Shown here: piece after piece, positions 12,399 through 49,772 of the stretch
Layout of the letters: every line of letters begins with the position of its first letter
How positions within the stretch are numbered: the first letter of the stretch is position 1
Assembly (NCBI GenBank): GCA_002269645.1
Contig: NIVC01003504.1
Span: 1 to 64,000 of the forward strand
Length of the DNA: 64,000 nucleotides
Reading direction: 5' to 3'
Source of the DNA: Macrostomum lignano
Lineage: Eukaryota
Program-made: the position numbers and the translations under genes
Notes under the pieces: model-generated
Databases searched by the model: none
What the model was told of the DNA's origin: nothing
Seen by the model: the letters and a program-made list of their open reading frames with translations, nothing else

Positions 12399-14015
12399 TT
12401 GGCTCCAATCCAAGGATACATGTTGAATAGATAGAGCTCGATGGCGGAATTCTTTGCTGAGTGACTGGCAATGCGATCTAACTGACTATGGCTAAGTTTG
12501 TCAAGCTCAATGTACTTATTCACTAACCTGTGAAACTGCCTGTCACTTTGCATTTCAAGTCTTCGATTCAATCTACATGCAGTTCACTGTTGTTTACAGT
12601 GCAGCCCGCCTGTTTGCATGAAAATCGGCACCTGACGCAGGTGCATGAAACACAATTAAAATGTTTAAGATTGGCATTTTAAATCTCTTGCGTACGACAC
12701 GTTTGAGAAATTGCTTGAGCAGGAGGAAATTGCCAGAGGCAAATTATCAGTTATTTTGGGATGCGGGTGCGCACCCGATCCAAGCACTGAGTCTGGAAGA
12801 TAATTTTTATAATTGAAGCTAAGCTGTTTGTCCTGCAGAAAAGATTTCACGTGTTTTTTGTCAGTTTCCGGCCAAACAAACTGCCCTACACGGAGAAGGG
12901 TCTCGATGTAGAGCTGAGCTGTTGACTAATAGTCCCAATACTGCCATAAGTACTCTCAGTCAGACATTTTGTCAAATAAACCATCATAATTTACAAACAA
13001 CGGTTTATAAAACTATTTTCAGTCCGGATCTTTTTGTACATTTTTTGCTGGTTTACTATTGTGCCGGCATGCCAGTTCCTCAGGGCTTCTGCAGGAAGCA
13101 TCGGGAAATTTTCCGTGATCTGAATTGGTTTTTCAAAACTTCACGCGGCTAAGGCGTGCAAGTCAACAGTGCTGTCAGCTGTGTCGGCTGGCTTTATTTT
13201 CAAATTCGCTTACTTGCGAGTACTTCCTGTCTTCATCCGAGACTCCAGAACCTCAGCCCATTGTTCTGTTTTGATTTTCTAAGACCGGTACGCAGACAAG
13301 AAGACTATCGAGCGATTGAGTTGGCTGCAGTGTTGTCACTGTCCCTGTAAAGCTGAGCAACTTAGCTACGGTGCAGGAACTAAGGTTGACAAAAGGGTTA
13401 GGGTGAAACTGAAATGATTCTCTAGTGAGCTGGAGCAGGGAGTTACAGAACTAGCTCGTATTGCGTGCTGAAAGGATGAGATCGGATATGAGCTGGGGTA
13501 GAGCAGCACCAGAGCTGCATTAAGATTGATGTCTGCAGCTAATTCAGCAACGCTGGGGTGCATTAGATGATGATGAACTCTTCCTTCGAAATCGACCGCT
13601 CACAGGCTCCTGCTCGCACTCGACTCGGATCATTCAAACTCAGCTTAGGAAATTTCGAGAGTACTCAGGTACAGGTCAATGATAGCTTTCTAAAGATTAG
13701 GTCAACAACGATATGAAAAATGATATTGGTAAGCATTGTCTACATTTAGTTATTTAGATAAGTCTAGGAGCGTAGGAACAGCTACCTACCATTGTAGTTT
13801 TGTCGTGCTTCTGCCGCCCCCGAGTTTCCCAAACCGTGTATCTGAAGTATCCACTTCATTAATCTTGTGCTCCGCAGCGATGCGCTCTCTTCTCAGGTCT
13901 AATAATATAATTATTGACCAGATGACATTGTAGTGACTGATAAGCATGCAAGGTATTCCAGATGCGTTGTCTTGCCCATTCGCTTTAAGGTAGCCGCGCA
14001 GTTCAGAGGCCGCTC

Positions 14016-14138
14016 AGCCAATCATGGCTCGAGTCTCCATCACGAGTTTGAGTCGTGATGGATTTGTCCGTCGCTTCCCCGACCTAGCCAGTCGCTGGAA
14101 CTAGCTCATCACCCGCCCGAATTACCGGCTTATTATAA
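14016..14138 (+). promoter_or_regulatory. Putative GPCR promoter
   Basis: CAGCCAATCA (NF-Y-type CCAAT box) at 14016-14025 and TATA-like TATTATAAG at 14131, about 240 bp upstream of the ATG. Confidence 0.35.
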
Positions 14139-14368
14139 GTCCTAGTGAAGAGATTAAGACACCTGGTTTGCCTCCCAGTCTCCCAGCAGCAAACGGAGCC
14201 TTGCAGCTGAAAGTCTGACAGAACAGAGGAATCAGTGCAGCACTGCGCCTACGCTGCGATTTCTCACCCACACAGCTGAACTGAATCTCAGTGCACTTCC
14301 CGAAAGAGAGGCTCTCAACTCAATCAGTAAGGCCACTGCTCACTAGAAGGAGCTCAAGCAACACAAAC

Positions 14369-15589
14369 ATGCCGACGGCTACGCCTGCCAACGCCACTCC
14401 GGGCGGCTGGGAAGATCGGGACCACTACAAGACCTTCGCTGATGTGTCGCAGCTGGTGACGGCTCTGGCGCTGTACCCCGTTGTCTGCCTGGTGGGCGCG
14501 GCAGGCAGCTGCCTCAGCATCGCGGTGTTCAACAGGCGGCAGATGCGCAACAGCACCAATGCGTTCCTTACCGCGCTGGCCATCGCCGACCTGCTGAAGC
14601 TGCTCAACGATTTCCTTTACTTCCCCGCCACCCTGGCGGATCGTTGCGGCGTCGGCGCCTTTGCCGCTCGAGTCTATCCGGGCGCCTACTTCATGTCGCA
14701 GTATTCGGCCGGATGCGCCGCCTGGCTAACGGTTGCCGTGGCAACCGAGCGCTGGCTGATGGTGACGCAGCCCGGCTGGAGCCGCAGCGGCCTCACGGTG
14801 CAAAAAGCCCGTCTATCGGCGGCCGCTGTGTTTCTGGCGGTGCTGGTCGCCACTGCGCCCCACCTGCTGCGCTACGAAGCTGCCTGCGATCCGGGCCGAG
14901 CGTCGATCGACTCCAGAAACGGGACCGCCGTCTCCTCAGCCCCCGCCAACTGCACGCTGGTGCCGCAGCCGAGTCAGCTGTGGCTCCGCCTCGGCTCCAA
15001 GGCCCAGCTGTACGGCCGGGTGCACAGCTGCCTGCGCTCGCTCGTCCCTCTGCTGCTGCTGGCGATCCTCAACACGCACATCGCCCTGTCGCTGCGGGTC
15101 ATCCGAGCCAATAGGCGGAAGCCGCCTGCGGCCAGAGGCCGGGCTACCAGATCTCTGGTAGCAGTGATCCTGTGCGCCATCGTGCTGACCGCGCCGGACT
15201 CGCTGCTGTCCGCGCTGGGCTGGGGCTACACCGAGGCCGGCACCAGCTTCCGGCGGGGAGTTCGCGAGATCTCCGACCTGCTGCTCACCGTCAACTCGGC
15301 GGCCAACTTTTTCCTCTACGCGGCTCTGAACAGCGCCTTCAGGCGAAACCTGGTGGCCTTCTGCGCCGTCCAGCGGCAGCGCTGGCTCCTTCACCGCCGA
15401 ACTGCTCTGGGCCAGCTGGCGCGCTCAGCGCGGGTCCTGGCGCCCCCGCAGCCGGTGCTGCAGCTGTCGGCTTTGAAGCCTCGGCGCAGGCCCGGAAAGC
15501 TTGACAACGATGTGGAAGTCAGCGACGAGGAGCGCCGCAGCCTGCGAGTCGTGTCCCCGCTGGTGCACCGCGAGAACTCGCAGCTGTGA
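14369..15589 (+). CDS. Class A (rhodopsin-family) neuropeptide GPCR, FMRFamide/myosuppressin-receptor-like, 406 aa, intronless
   Basis: First ATG at 14369 (ORF track starts at GTG 14291). Seven hydrophobic segments; TM2 NSTNAFLTALAIAD, TM3 WLTVAVATERW, TM7 VNSAANFFLY, helix 8 NSAFRRNL. Ligand class is inferred from motif style only. Confidence 0.92.
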   Translation: MPTATPANATPGGWEDRDHYKTFADVSQLVTALALYPVVCLVGAAGSCLSIAVFNRRQMRNSTNAFLTALAIADLLKLLNDFLYFPATLADRCGVGAFAARVYPGAYFMSQYSAGCAAWLTVAVATERWLMVTQPGWSRSGLTVQKARLSAAAVFLAVLVATAPHLLRYEAACDPGRASIDSRNGTAVSSAPANCTLVPQPSQLWLRLGSKAQLYGRVHSCLRSLVPLLLLAILNTHIALSLRVIRANRRKPPAARGRATRSLVAVILCAIVLTAPDSLLSALGWGYTEAGTSFRRGVREISDLLLTVNSAANFFLYAALNSAFRRNLVAFCAVQRQRWLLHRRTALGQLARSARVLAPPQPVLQLSALKPRRRPGKLDNDVEVSDEERRSLRVVSPLVHRENSQL

Positions 15590-15994
15590 CCGCCGATTCG
15601 ATGGTCGCTGATCGGAGCTTCAACTACATATTTGTCTCGTGCTTTTCCCTGTCTGTGTTAAACGTACCGGTTAACGATTTTTCATTCATTTCTGCCTGTT
15701 CGCCTATCCGATCAAATTAAAATCAGCATGCAAGCGCAGCAATCCCAAGCCGTGCCCCCCTCCCAGCCCAGATTAATTGAAAGACAGGATTAGTTCGAAT
15801 TCATAAATTTGAGATCTTTAATCCCCGTCGATCCGTCTGAAGCGAGCGGACAAAGTCACTCTTGAGTCTTCACTCTTTGAGTCCGGTTCAAATTAAAGCT
15901 AGTAGTCAATATAGTTTGAACCATATAAATATTAATTTGAGCAATCGTATACCCGCGTAGCTACTGACAATAATGTGAACGTGACTGACTATTC

Positions 15995-16199
15995 GTGTAC
16001 GTGTACTCTACGGGTGCGCGTGTACTCTACGGGTGCGTGTGTACTCTACGGGTGCGCGTGTACTCTACGGGTGCGCGTGTACTCTACGGGTGCGCGTGTA
16101 CTCTACGGGTGCGCGTGTACTCTACGGGTGCGCGTGTACTCTATGGGTGGGCGTGTACTCTACAGGTGCGCGTGTACTCTACGGATGCGCGTGTACTCT
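15995..16199. repeat. 19-bp CpG-rich minisatellite CGTGTACTCTACGGGTGCG
   Basis: About 10 copies. Confidence 0.95.
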
Positions 16200-18048
16200 T
16201 GATGTACATTGCGCTGGGTAGAACTGAATGTTATTTTATTTATGTTGCACTCTGGCTTATGATAATTGATTCTTTATTTGTGCGCTTCTTTTTATCTCTA
16301 AATTTCTGATCTCTGGACTCAAATCATTGTTGTGCAATAGAGGGTTTCGTCCATAATATATTGAGTGGCATTCCGCGCATGTCAAGAGAGTGAAGTCTGT
16401 AGTTGTCTCATTACGCAACACTCTTGACTCCCATTTTCATAGCACGGGCCTCACGAGATAAGGAGGGGCGGAGTGCCCTTTAGCCGGCAGCCAATCACAA
16501 CAGGGCATGATGGCTCGCTGGGCTTTGATGCTCTGGAGAACTTCCTTAATTTCATGAGACCGAGTTAGAATCCAATTAGCGGGCAGACAAGGCGAGTATA
16601 AGAAATTTTCGATTTTCACAGCCGTGTGGCGGACAGCTCGCGGCCACAGCTATCAGAAAATATTATTTTTGAGATCGTGAAATCCCCAATTTGTGCTCAC
16701 GCAGCTGATGCCGCAAAGGCAGTCATTGAAGCCCCCGGGCTCCCGTGGGATTTTTTCTCACTTCCCGAAGCTTCACCTTCGCTATTTGCGACTTTCAATC
16801 ATAAAAAGTTTTTTAACTGACCTCCGCTGCCTTAGTTTCAGTTGGGGAGGGTTTAGAGTTTCTCTCAGGCTGACGGACAAGCGAGGGACATCCGCCGGAT
16901 CGAATGGCTATTGAGGAATTTGGACTCAGCTTACGAGCCTGCACTTTTGCAGTGCACTGGGCTTGCATCTTTATAGCTGTTGTATTCTATTAGCTCGTGT
17001 GCTTCAGTAAATGCTTTTGAATAACTATATTGACTTGATTGGCGTTTGAGAATAGTTCGGCTGGTAGCAAAAATTGTAAAGTTCATCACCTTGTGACCAT
17101 GTGAAGATCATTTACAGCCAGCATGTTTTGGGTCCGTGGTGGACTTTTCTATTAGAGTCAGGGGGTTGTCAAGCGCACTTTAAGCGACATTGTCACACAA
17201 CCGGCGAAAGGCATTACTGCCCATTCCGCCGACTCCCCTGAGCAGGCACACAAGCGTGCGGATACGTACGCAGGCACACACTCACACAGGAGTGTACAGC
17301 GGCCCTAACTTTATTGTTAATCATGTACACATTACAAAGACATTAGACCGATGCTTAACTCTGTCTTGGCATATTAAAAAACTAACCATTTATCAGCGTC
17401 GTTCAGGGACAACCCGAAAAAGACCCGCTGCATTTTCGAGCGTTTCGAATACCGTATTAATAATTTTTTCCTCCAACCAACCCGTTAACTAATCGCTAAC
17501 CAAGCGTGGAGACGGCGCTTTGATTGAGTTGCCGGTAGCCAGGCTGCAAGTTGAATAATTGACAGCAACTGAGATTAACAAATTACACGACTGCGTACAA
17601 ACGATATTAAAACAGCAGGGTTTATTTGGGTTGAATACTTTCATTATAAAAGTTCAGATAGGAATGCAGGTATTTAATTACTGTAGTAATTATTTTACGG
17701 TGCATATAAAACTTAATCTAAGTTGTGCGCAAGTTTAAATCAAGGGCATAAGAAGGCCGTTAAAAATTCCAGGTGCCCTAAAGTGTCAAAATTAACAAAC
17801 GGTTACTATATAGTTTGAAGTGCAGATTGATTTTTATTTTTCAGGTAGCGATTTAGTAAAAAATAATTACTGGGCTCAAACACCGAGTAATGAGCGATGC
17901 GAGCTGTTTGTCACAGATTTCAGCTCCATCCGAGTGCCAACCTGTTAGCACACGACCTCCAGTTCGCAATGACGAGTATGACAGCAAAGGTTGAATTAGA
18001 CAGTGTTAATAAAGTTCGTTCACCAAATTTGGATCAAAATCGTCACTC

Positions 18049-42197
<24,149 letters not shown>

Positions 42198-42349
42198 GAC
42201 TCCGCCGTGTGTGCTGGGCGGCTGGGGCTGCTGCTCTCACCTGCGGCAAGTTCTGGACCAGGGGGGGGGGGGTTGGTTTTGCTGTGCGCTGAGTGTCCTC
42301 TGCTGCAGCATTCATGCTGAATTGTCAGGTATCTCTCCCTCACTCTCCG

Positions 42350-42715
42350 ATCTTTTCCCTACCTCTCATCCCCCACTCTCTGATCTGTCCCCTACCTCTC
42401 ATCCCCCACTCTCTGATCTGTCCCCTACCTCTCTCCCTCACTCTCTGATCTGTCCCCTACCTCTCATCCCCTACTCTCTGATCTGTCCCCTACCTCTCAT
42501 CCCCCACTCTCTGATCTGTCCCCTACCTCTCATCCCCCACTCTCTGATCTGTCCCCTACCTCTCATCCCCCACTCTCTGATCTGTCCCCTACCTCTCATC
42601 CCCCACTCTCTGATCTGTCCCCTACCTCTCATCCCCCACTCTCTGATCTGTCCCCTACCTCTCATCCCCCACTCTCTGATCTGTCCCCTACCTCTCACCT
42701 CTTACTCTTTGATCT
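42350..42715. repeat. 33-bp minisatellite CTCTCTGATCTGTCCCCTACCTCTCATCCCCCA
   Basis: About 11 copies. Confidence 0.93.
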
Positions 42716-43234
42716 AATCTCTGATCTACTCTCTGAGATTATTCCATCTCTCACGCCAGTATTTCTCTCAACCCTTGTGTATTTTCTCTCTATCTCAGCA
42801 CAATGGGCACAGCAAAGCCGTTCGGTTGCATAACAGCTCCAGCTCACTTCTTCCGAAAGCTGAACTGCCCTGAGCTGGCTATTAGAGTATCAAGAGGCCG
42901 AGCAGGCAGACCAAGCTCTAGATAGTTGAGAGATGGCTTTTGCTTGCTAGAGCGGAATCTCTGAATCTGCACAGATGATGCTCAGCATTAATAAAAAATT
43001 CGAGTCCTGACTGTTTAAAAACTTGTCTTCTAGCAGATTTAAGCACGAGCGACGCAGAGAGAGCAAGCAAGAGCGCACAAACTCAGGATTGGTTGCGTAC
43101 TCAGAACCCCACCCTGTCGCACTTTGAGTACTTCGGCAATTCGTGGAGTTCACAGAGCAAATGCCAGCGTCTAGCAAATGAAAAGTTTCTCGGCAACTTT
43201 CTTGTCTGCACATCTCAACTCTCGATCCCGTGAC

Positions 43235-43710
43235 CCTCTCCTCTCTCCCTCTCCCTCTACCCCTCTCCCTCTCTCCTTATCCTCTCCCTCTACCCCTCTC
43301 CTTCTTATCCTCTCCCTCTACCCCTCTACCCCTCTCCTTCTTATCCTCCCCCGCTACCCCTCTACCCCTCTCCTTCTTATCCTCTCCCTCTACCCCTCTA
43401 CCCCTCTCCTTCTTATCCTCTCCCTCTACCCCTCTACCCCTCTCCTCTCTCCCTCTCTCTCTCTCTGTACTCCTCTCCTTCTTATCATCTAACCCCTACT
43501 CCTCTCCTTCTTATCCTCTCCCTCTACTCCTCTACCCCTCTCCTTCTTATCCTCTCCCTCTACCCCTCTCCTCTCTCCCTCTCTCTCTCTACTCCTCTTC
43601 TTCTTATCCTCTCCCACTATCCCTCTCCTTCTTACTTTTTTTCTTTACCCCTTTACCTCTCTCCTTATCCTCTCCCCTCTACCCCCTCATTCTTACCCTC
43701 TCACCTTAAT
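43235..43710. repeat. Degenerate CT-rich minisatellite (CCCTCTACCCCTCTCCTTCTTATCCT-like)
   Basis: Direct reading. Confidence 0.8.
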
Positions 43711-44904
43711 TCTCTCTATCTACCTCATTATTTTCCTATTCTTCCTCTCAGCTCTCTTAAGCACCCTGCGCTCTCCCTCTTCTGTCTTTCTCTACCCTTA
43801 CTTCCACCAATTCTCTTTAAAAACTGCTCAGACTGCAGGCTGCTCCCTATTGATCAGCTGATCAGCCATCGCACTGCACAGTTTCTTATTGTCAAATTGA
43901 TCAGGTTGGGAGACATCAGCTCCAAACTACCTCGCATCCCCCATGAGCTCACCTGGGTTCGGAGCCTCAGCACAGCCGCAAGCAGGTAGGCGACAAGCAA
44001 AGCACAAGAAGCGGACCCTCAGCGAGGAGAAAGCAGGTCAGAGCCTGGCGCGCAGAGTCGGGCTGACCTGTGACACAATTTAACCCAGGCGGTCGGGGTT
44101 GACAGAGTGGCGAGAGGGGGGGAAGAGGGCTGAAGACAAGCCAGTGACAATGAGCTCGAGTTTGCCTGGGCTGAGCAGCCGGTCCATCACCGCCCCCCCC
44201 TCTCTCCCCGCTCTCTTGTCGCACAGTTCGGCATGGAATTCTTTTGTTGTTCTGCAGCCTTCGCCAAGGTGGGCGTGGAATTTGTGCGAATCGGGCGAGT
44301 CCAGCTGCCTCCCTCCGCCATCAGCTCATTTAGCTTCTTCACTCTTAGCAGTAGGGGTTGAGCATTGGTTACTGTTTACCAAGTGGCCCTGGCTCTCCCG
44401 CTGCATTGCATTCTGCCTCAGCCTCAGCCAGCTGACAGGTAGGAGGCGACTTCGATAAAGAGTTTCTGCCCCCCTACTGCAGGGCGAAGAAGCGGCCCAG
44501 CTCGACAAAAAAATCGAACAAAAGAGAAAAATGCAGCAGAAAGCGGTTTGCCATGAACTGTTGAATTGCCGGCCCTGAGCACTCGCTGACTCACTTGGCC
44601 ATATTTGAATAAATACTCCAATAGTTTGCATGCAGATTTATTTTCCAACAAAGAAGGCCAGCGCTGCATGCCAGGGCAACACCGGCCAGGCAAACAGAGA
44701 GTTTCTCCCTGTTCGTCTTGTTCATTTGCATTTCTCCGATGGAGTGTGAGAGACAGATAAAAAAAATTTAACCTTGTTTGCCAAGGTAGAAGCTGAGAAA
44801 GAGGTAACTGTGGCGACCTTGGGGCACTTTTAGGTGGGTTTGTTGCTCTTTGTAATTTGCTTCATCTCTTGAACTTCTCATGAATTCCAGAATCCATTAG
44901 CCAT

Positions 44905-45335
44905 AGATCGCTAGAGTCCACTCCAGATCTTTAGAGTCCATTTTCAAATCTCTAGAGTCTATTCCCGAATCTCTATAGTCAATTCTCAAATCTCTAGAGT
45001 CGATTCTCTCATCTCTAGAGTCGATTCTCAAATCTCTAGAGCCCATTCCCGAATCTCTATAGTCAATTCTAAAATCTCTAGAGTCAATTCTAAAATCTCT
45101 AGAGTCAATTCTAAAATCTCTAGAGTCAATTCTAAAATCTCTAGAGTCAATTCTAAAATCTCTAGAGTCAATTCTAAAATCTCTAGAGTCAATTCTCAAA
45201 TCTCTAGAGTCCATTCCCGAATCTCTAGAGTCAATTCTCAAATCTCTAGAGTCCATTCCCGAATCTCTAGAGTCAATTCTCAAATCTCTAGAGTCAATTC
45301 TCAAATCTCTAGAGTCCATTTTGAGTCTCTAGAGC
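44905..45335. repeat. 21-bp minisatellite AATCTCTAGAGTCAATTCT(C/A)A
   Basis: About 20 copies. Confidence 0.93.
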
Positions 45336-46414
45336 CCATTCCTTTTCGTTGGGTGACCATTTCGCAGCCGGATTCGCGTTGTACTCCAAAGCGAAAGGGT
45401 CAGTTTATACCTTGTAGAAATTCATAAATTTAATATCGCGCTCAACCCTGACCCGGGGAGTCTTGCTGCACTGGATTGGTGCGACAGCTGCTATGCTAGA
45501 CTCAGGATTATCTTTTCTGAATAATAAATTCTACGGCAACAATTGGTACTGAAAGCTATTCCATCAATAATTAAAGAATTTTAATTCGTTAATTTTCTCG
45601 CTTTCGTTGTCAAGCTCAATTTACACTACTAAAAGTAGAAAATCTGGATTTCCTAATCTGAAATGCAGGAGATTTTGAAGAAAATGAGAAGTTTTTTTCT
45701 AAGAAACTTGCTAGGCACGCGAGTTTCTGGTTTATGATGTGACTAATAAAGTCACTACACTTCTCGTATTAAATGGGGATAAAATAGTTTTAGGGAAATG
45801 ACTAAAGCAAGATTTATGGAAATCCTACAATAAAAAGTGTTCTCAGACACCATGATGTGAAAAAAACGCTCCAATCCTTCAATCGGCGTTGCCTTGACAA
45901 CTTAATTGTTGCTAAATTTCTGCGGGAGCAAGTCTCGAGTTTCACTCCCCTGGAAGCAAATCCAGGTGTTCTTTTCTTTTGCCAGGCAGACTTAAACAGC
46001 CGATCATCGCCTGAAAAGCTTTCGTAATGATTTGAATATTTTTTCTTAAAATCCCCTCGAAGTTTTGTTGAAATTCGAGAGGTCAATAAGTCACGTAATT
46101 CTTGAAGATAAATTTAATCCCTTTCTTCTCACGCAGGTGGGCGTTGCTATGCGGAAAATTGTTGCGCAATCCATTTTATGTCGTGCCCGGCTCTCTCTTG
46201 GCCTGGAAACTGACGCAACTTGTTTTTGAAAACTTTCTGGCTCTGACAAAGTGGGGCCTCTCTCAGTTTGTTTGCTTATTTAGTTATTTTCAAGGAAATT
46301 TTGAAACAAAGCACTACTAAAAACCGGAAATGGCTGATGAAGCATTGCAGCCTGCGATTTCACTTTTTTATGTTGAATTGTTAGATGGTTAGCGGTGCTT
46401 CGATTCAGATAGCG

Positions 46415-46950
46415 GCTGCTTAGATTCAGATGGAGAGTGCGTAGATTCAGATTGCGAGTGCTCAGATTCAGATGGAGAGTGCTCAGATTCAGATGGAGAG
46501 TGCTCAGATTCAGATGGAGAGTGCATAGATTCAGATTGCGAGTGCTCAGATTCAGATGGAGAGAGCTTAGATTCAGATTGCGAGTGCTCAGATTCAGATG
46601 GAGAGTGCGTAGATTCAGATAGCGAGTGCTCAGATTCAGATGGAGAGTGCTTAGATTCAGATTGCGAGTGCTCAGATTCAGATGGAGAGTGCTTAGATTC
46701 AGATTGCGAGTGCTCAGATTCAGATGGAGAGTGCTTAGATTCAGATTGCGAGTGCTCAGATTCAGATGGAGAGTGCTTAGATTCAGATTGCGAGTGCTCA
46801 GATTCAGATGGAGAGTGCTCAGATTCAGATGGAGAGTGCATAGATTCAGATTGCGAGTGCTCAGATTCAGATTGCGAGTGCTCAGATTCAGATTGCGAGT
46901 GCTCAGATTCAGATGGAGAGTGCATAGATTCAGATAGTGAGTGCTCAGAT
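46415..46950. repeat. 21-bp minisatellite TCAGATTCAGATGGAGAGTGC
   Basis: About 25 copies. Confidence 0.94.
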
Positions 46951-47779
46951 TCAGGCGGATATGAGATGCAGCGAAACAGGCGAAATGCTTTCAGGATGCG
47001 GGATCAGCCCGCCTCTTCCTTCCCGCATTCGAAATTGTTTGCAGAGCGCTGCAGCACCCCCGCTTGTCCGTGTCTTCTGCTCGATTTTGTTCTCTCAGAG
47101 TTGGTTTTTACCTTCCGCTTGTCTTCAGGCCGGGGCTGTAAATCCATTCGGGGGGGTGGGCGTGGAAATCCTCTGATTCGAAATGGGGGGAGGAGGCGCG
47201 GAGGCTGGAGCCGCCAGACAGGGCAATAAAGCGCAGGTGATAGGAGAATTAGCGCTGGCTGGAGACCATGGATTTCTAATCTAGCCTAGCATCTGTTATT
47301 AGAATTGCTAAGCCAGTCCAGAGTCTTACATTTAAAGCTCCATGGCTTGCTGCGACAAATTTTAAAAATCTTCTCGGTCGGTTACGGGAAATTGTGCGGG
47401 GGTGACCACTATAGAGAGGGGAGATATGAGGGGATGAATGAAGAGACACAGCTGAGAGCCTCCTCTCGAACCCTGAAAATCGGGGATTTCGCACGAACCG
47501 CAACATGGCGGAGTCGGGGCCGCTATAATTTATTGCAAACTGTCTCTCAAAGCATCCCAGGTGAGGAATTGTTTATTCGGCAAAAAATGATCCACCGGCC
47601 GCCTCTTTATCTTATCAGCCGCCTATCTGCTCAGCCCGAGCTCAGATGCTGGAACTCCCCGTAATGCTGGAGGTCCCCGCCACGAGCGCAGCTTTTGCAT
47701 TGCATTGGCCTCGGGGTCCGCGCGAGCGAATTGTTTGTTGAAACTTCGGCGCCTCGGGACTTGGTTTGGCGCTCTAGCT

Positions 47780-48488
47780 GGCGCATCTCAGATCAATTTG
47801 GCGCATTTGGCGCATCTCAAATCAATTCAGCGCATGTCAAATCAATTCAGCGCATCTCAGATCAATTTGGCGCATGTCAAATCAATTCAGCGCATCTCAG
47901 ATCAATTTGGCGCATCTCAAATCAATTCAGCGCATCTCAAATCAATTCAGCGCATCTCAGATCAATTCAGCGCATGTCAAATCAATTTAGCGCATCTCAG
48001 ATCAATTCAGCGCATGTCAAATCAATTCAGCGCATCTCAAATCAATTCAGCGCATCTCAGATCAATTCAGCGCATTTCAAATCAATTCAGCGCATCTCAG
48101 ATCAATTTGGCGCATCTCAAATCAATTTGGCGCATCTCAGATCAATTTGGCGCATCTCAAATCAATTTGGCGCATCTCAAATCAATTCAGCGCATCTCAA
48201 ATCAATTCAGCGCATCTCAAATCAATTCAGCGCATCTCAAATCAATTCAGCGCATCTCAAATCAATTCAGCGCATCTCAAATCAATTCAGCGCATCTCAA
48301 ATCAATTCAGCGCATCTCAAATCAATTCAGCGCATCTCAAATCAATTTGGCGCATCTCAGATCAATTTGGCGCATCTCAGATCAATTTGGCGCATCTCAA
48401 ATCAATTCAGCGCATCTCAAATCAATTCAGCGCATCTCAGATCGATTCGGCGCATCTCAAATCAATTCAGTGCATCTCAGATCAATTT
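47780..48488. repeat. 20-bp minisatellite GCGCATCTCAAATCAATTCA
   Basis: About 35 copies. Confidence 0.95.
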
Positions 48489-49122
48489 GATAATCCAAGT
48501 TCCAACCCGAAAGGCTCACGGAGGAGATGGCAGCGGCTCCTTTGTCCCATTCCCAAGTCTCCGAGCGCTGTTTAGACAAGAAACAGAGACTGACAAGCCG
48601 GATAGGAAATTTATAATTAGTAATCCGCCCCCACTTCAAGGATTGTCCACTCAGACGGTGGAAGAGTTGAGCAGTTTTTCATTCCCAGCAGCTGCAGGGT
48701 ATCCCAGTCTCGCAGGGCAGCGGCAGCAGTGGCATGCAGTGGGTGTTGACACACTGACACATCTGCTGCCAAATTATTCATCTCTACTTGGCCGCTTCTC
48801 AAATAAGCCGCCCCTGTGCCTGTCTGTCCTTCGTGCCTCTCCTGCAATTTTTGCATTAAAAAACTTCACTTTCCACCGGAGCGCAGGTTTGCCTGCCGCC
48901 ACCTGGGGGGAAGGGAGCTGGGAGTCTCGGACAGGACCGGTTTCGGGAGTTTGCCTTCCCGCAGCTCGGACTGCCAGGTGGCAGCGCGGAGTCCCCTCGG
49001 TCAACACGGTGCAGAAGATGGGATGGGGAAATTGTTTAGGCACCTGAAATTTTAAAGCTGCTTTTGCTGCTACATCTTGCCTGAGTTTGCTGCGCTTTTT
49101 ATGCAGAATTGATACAGACCCA

Positions 49123-49730
49123 AGCGACTCATCTACAGATCCGCCCGACTCATCTACAGACCCACCTGACTCATCTACAGATCCGCCCGACTCATCTACA
49201 GACCCACCTGACTCATCTACAGACCCACCTGACTCATCTACAGACCCACCTGACTCATCTACAGACCCACCTGACTCATCTACAGACCCACCTGACTCAT
49301 CTACAGACCCACCTGACTCATCTACAGATGGGCCTGTCTCATGTACAGACCCACCTGACTCATCTACAGACCCACCTGACTCATCTACAGATGGGCCTGT
49401 CTCATGTACAGACCCACCTGACTCATCTACAGACCCACCTGACTCATCTACAGACCCACCTGACTCATCTACAGATGGGCCTGTCTCATGTACAGACCCA
49501 CCTGACTCATCTACAGACCCACCTGACTCATCTACAGATGGGCCTGTCTCATGTACAGACCCACCTGACTCATCTACAGACACACCTGACTCATCTACAG
49601 ACACACCTGACTCATCTACAGACACACCTGACTCATCTACAGACCCACCTGACTCATCTACAGACCCACCTGACTCATCTACAGACCCACCTGACTCATC
49701 TACAGATGGGCCTGTCTCATGTACAGATGT
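49123..49730. repeat. 21-bp minisatellite GACTCATCTACAGACCCACCT with interspersed variant unit
   Basis: About 29 copies. Confidence 0.95.
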
Positions 49731-49772
49731 GCCTATCTCTGACACTGACTAGATACAAACGGACAGGGTTAG

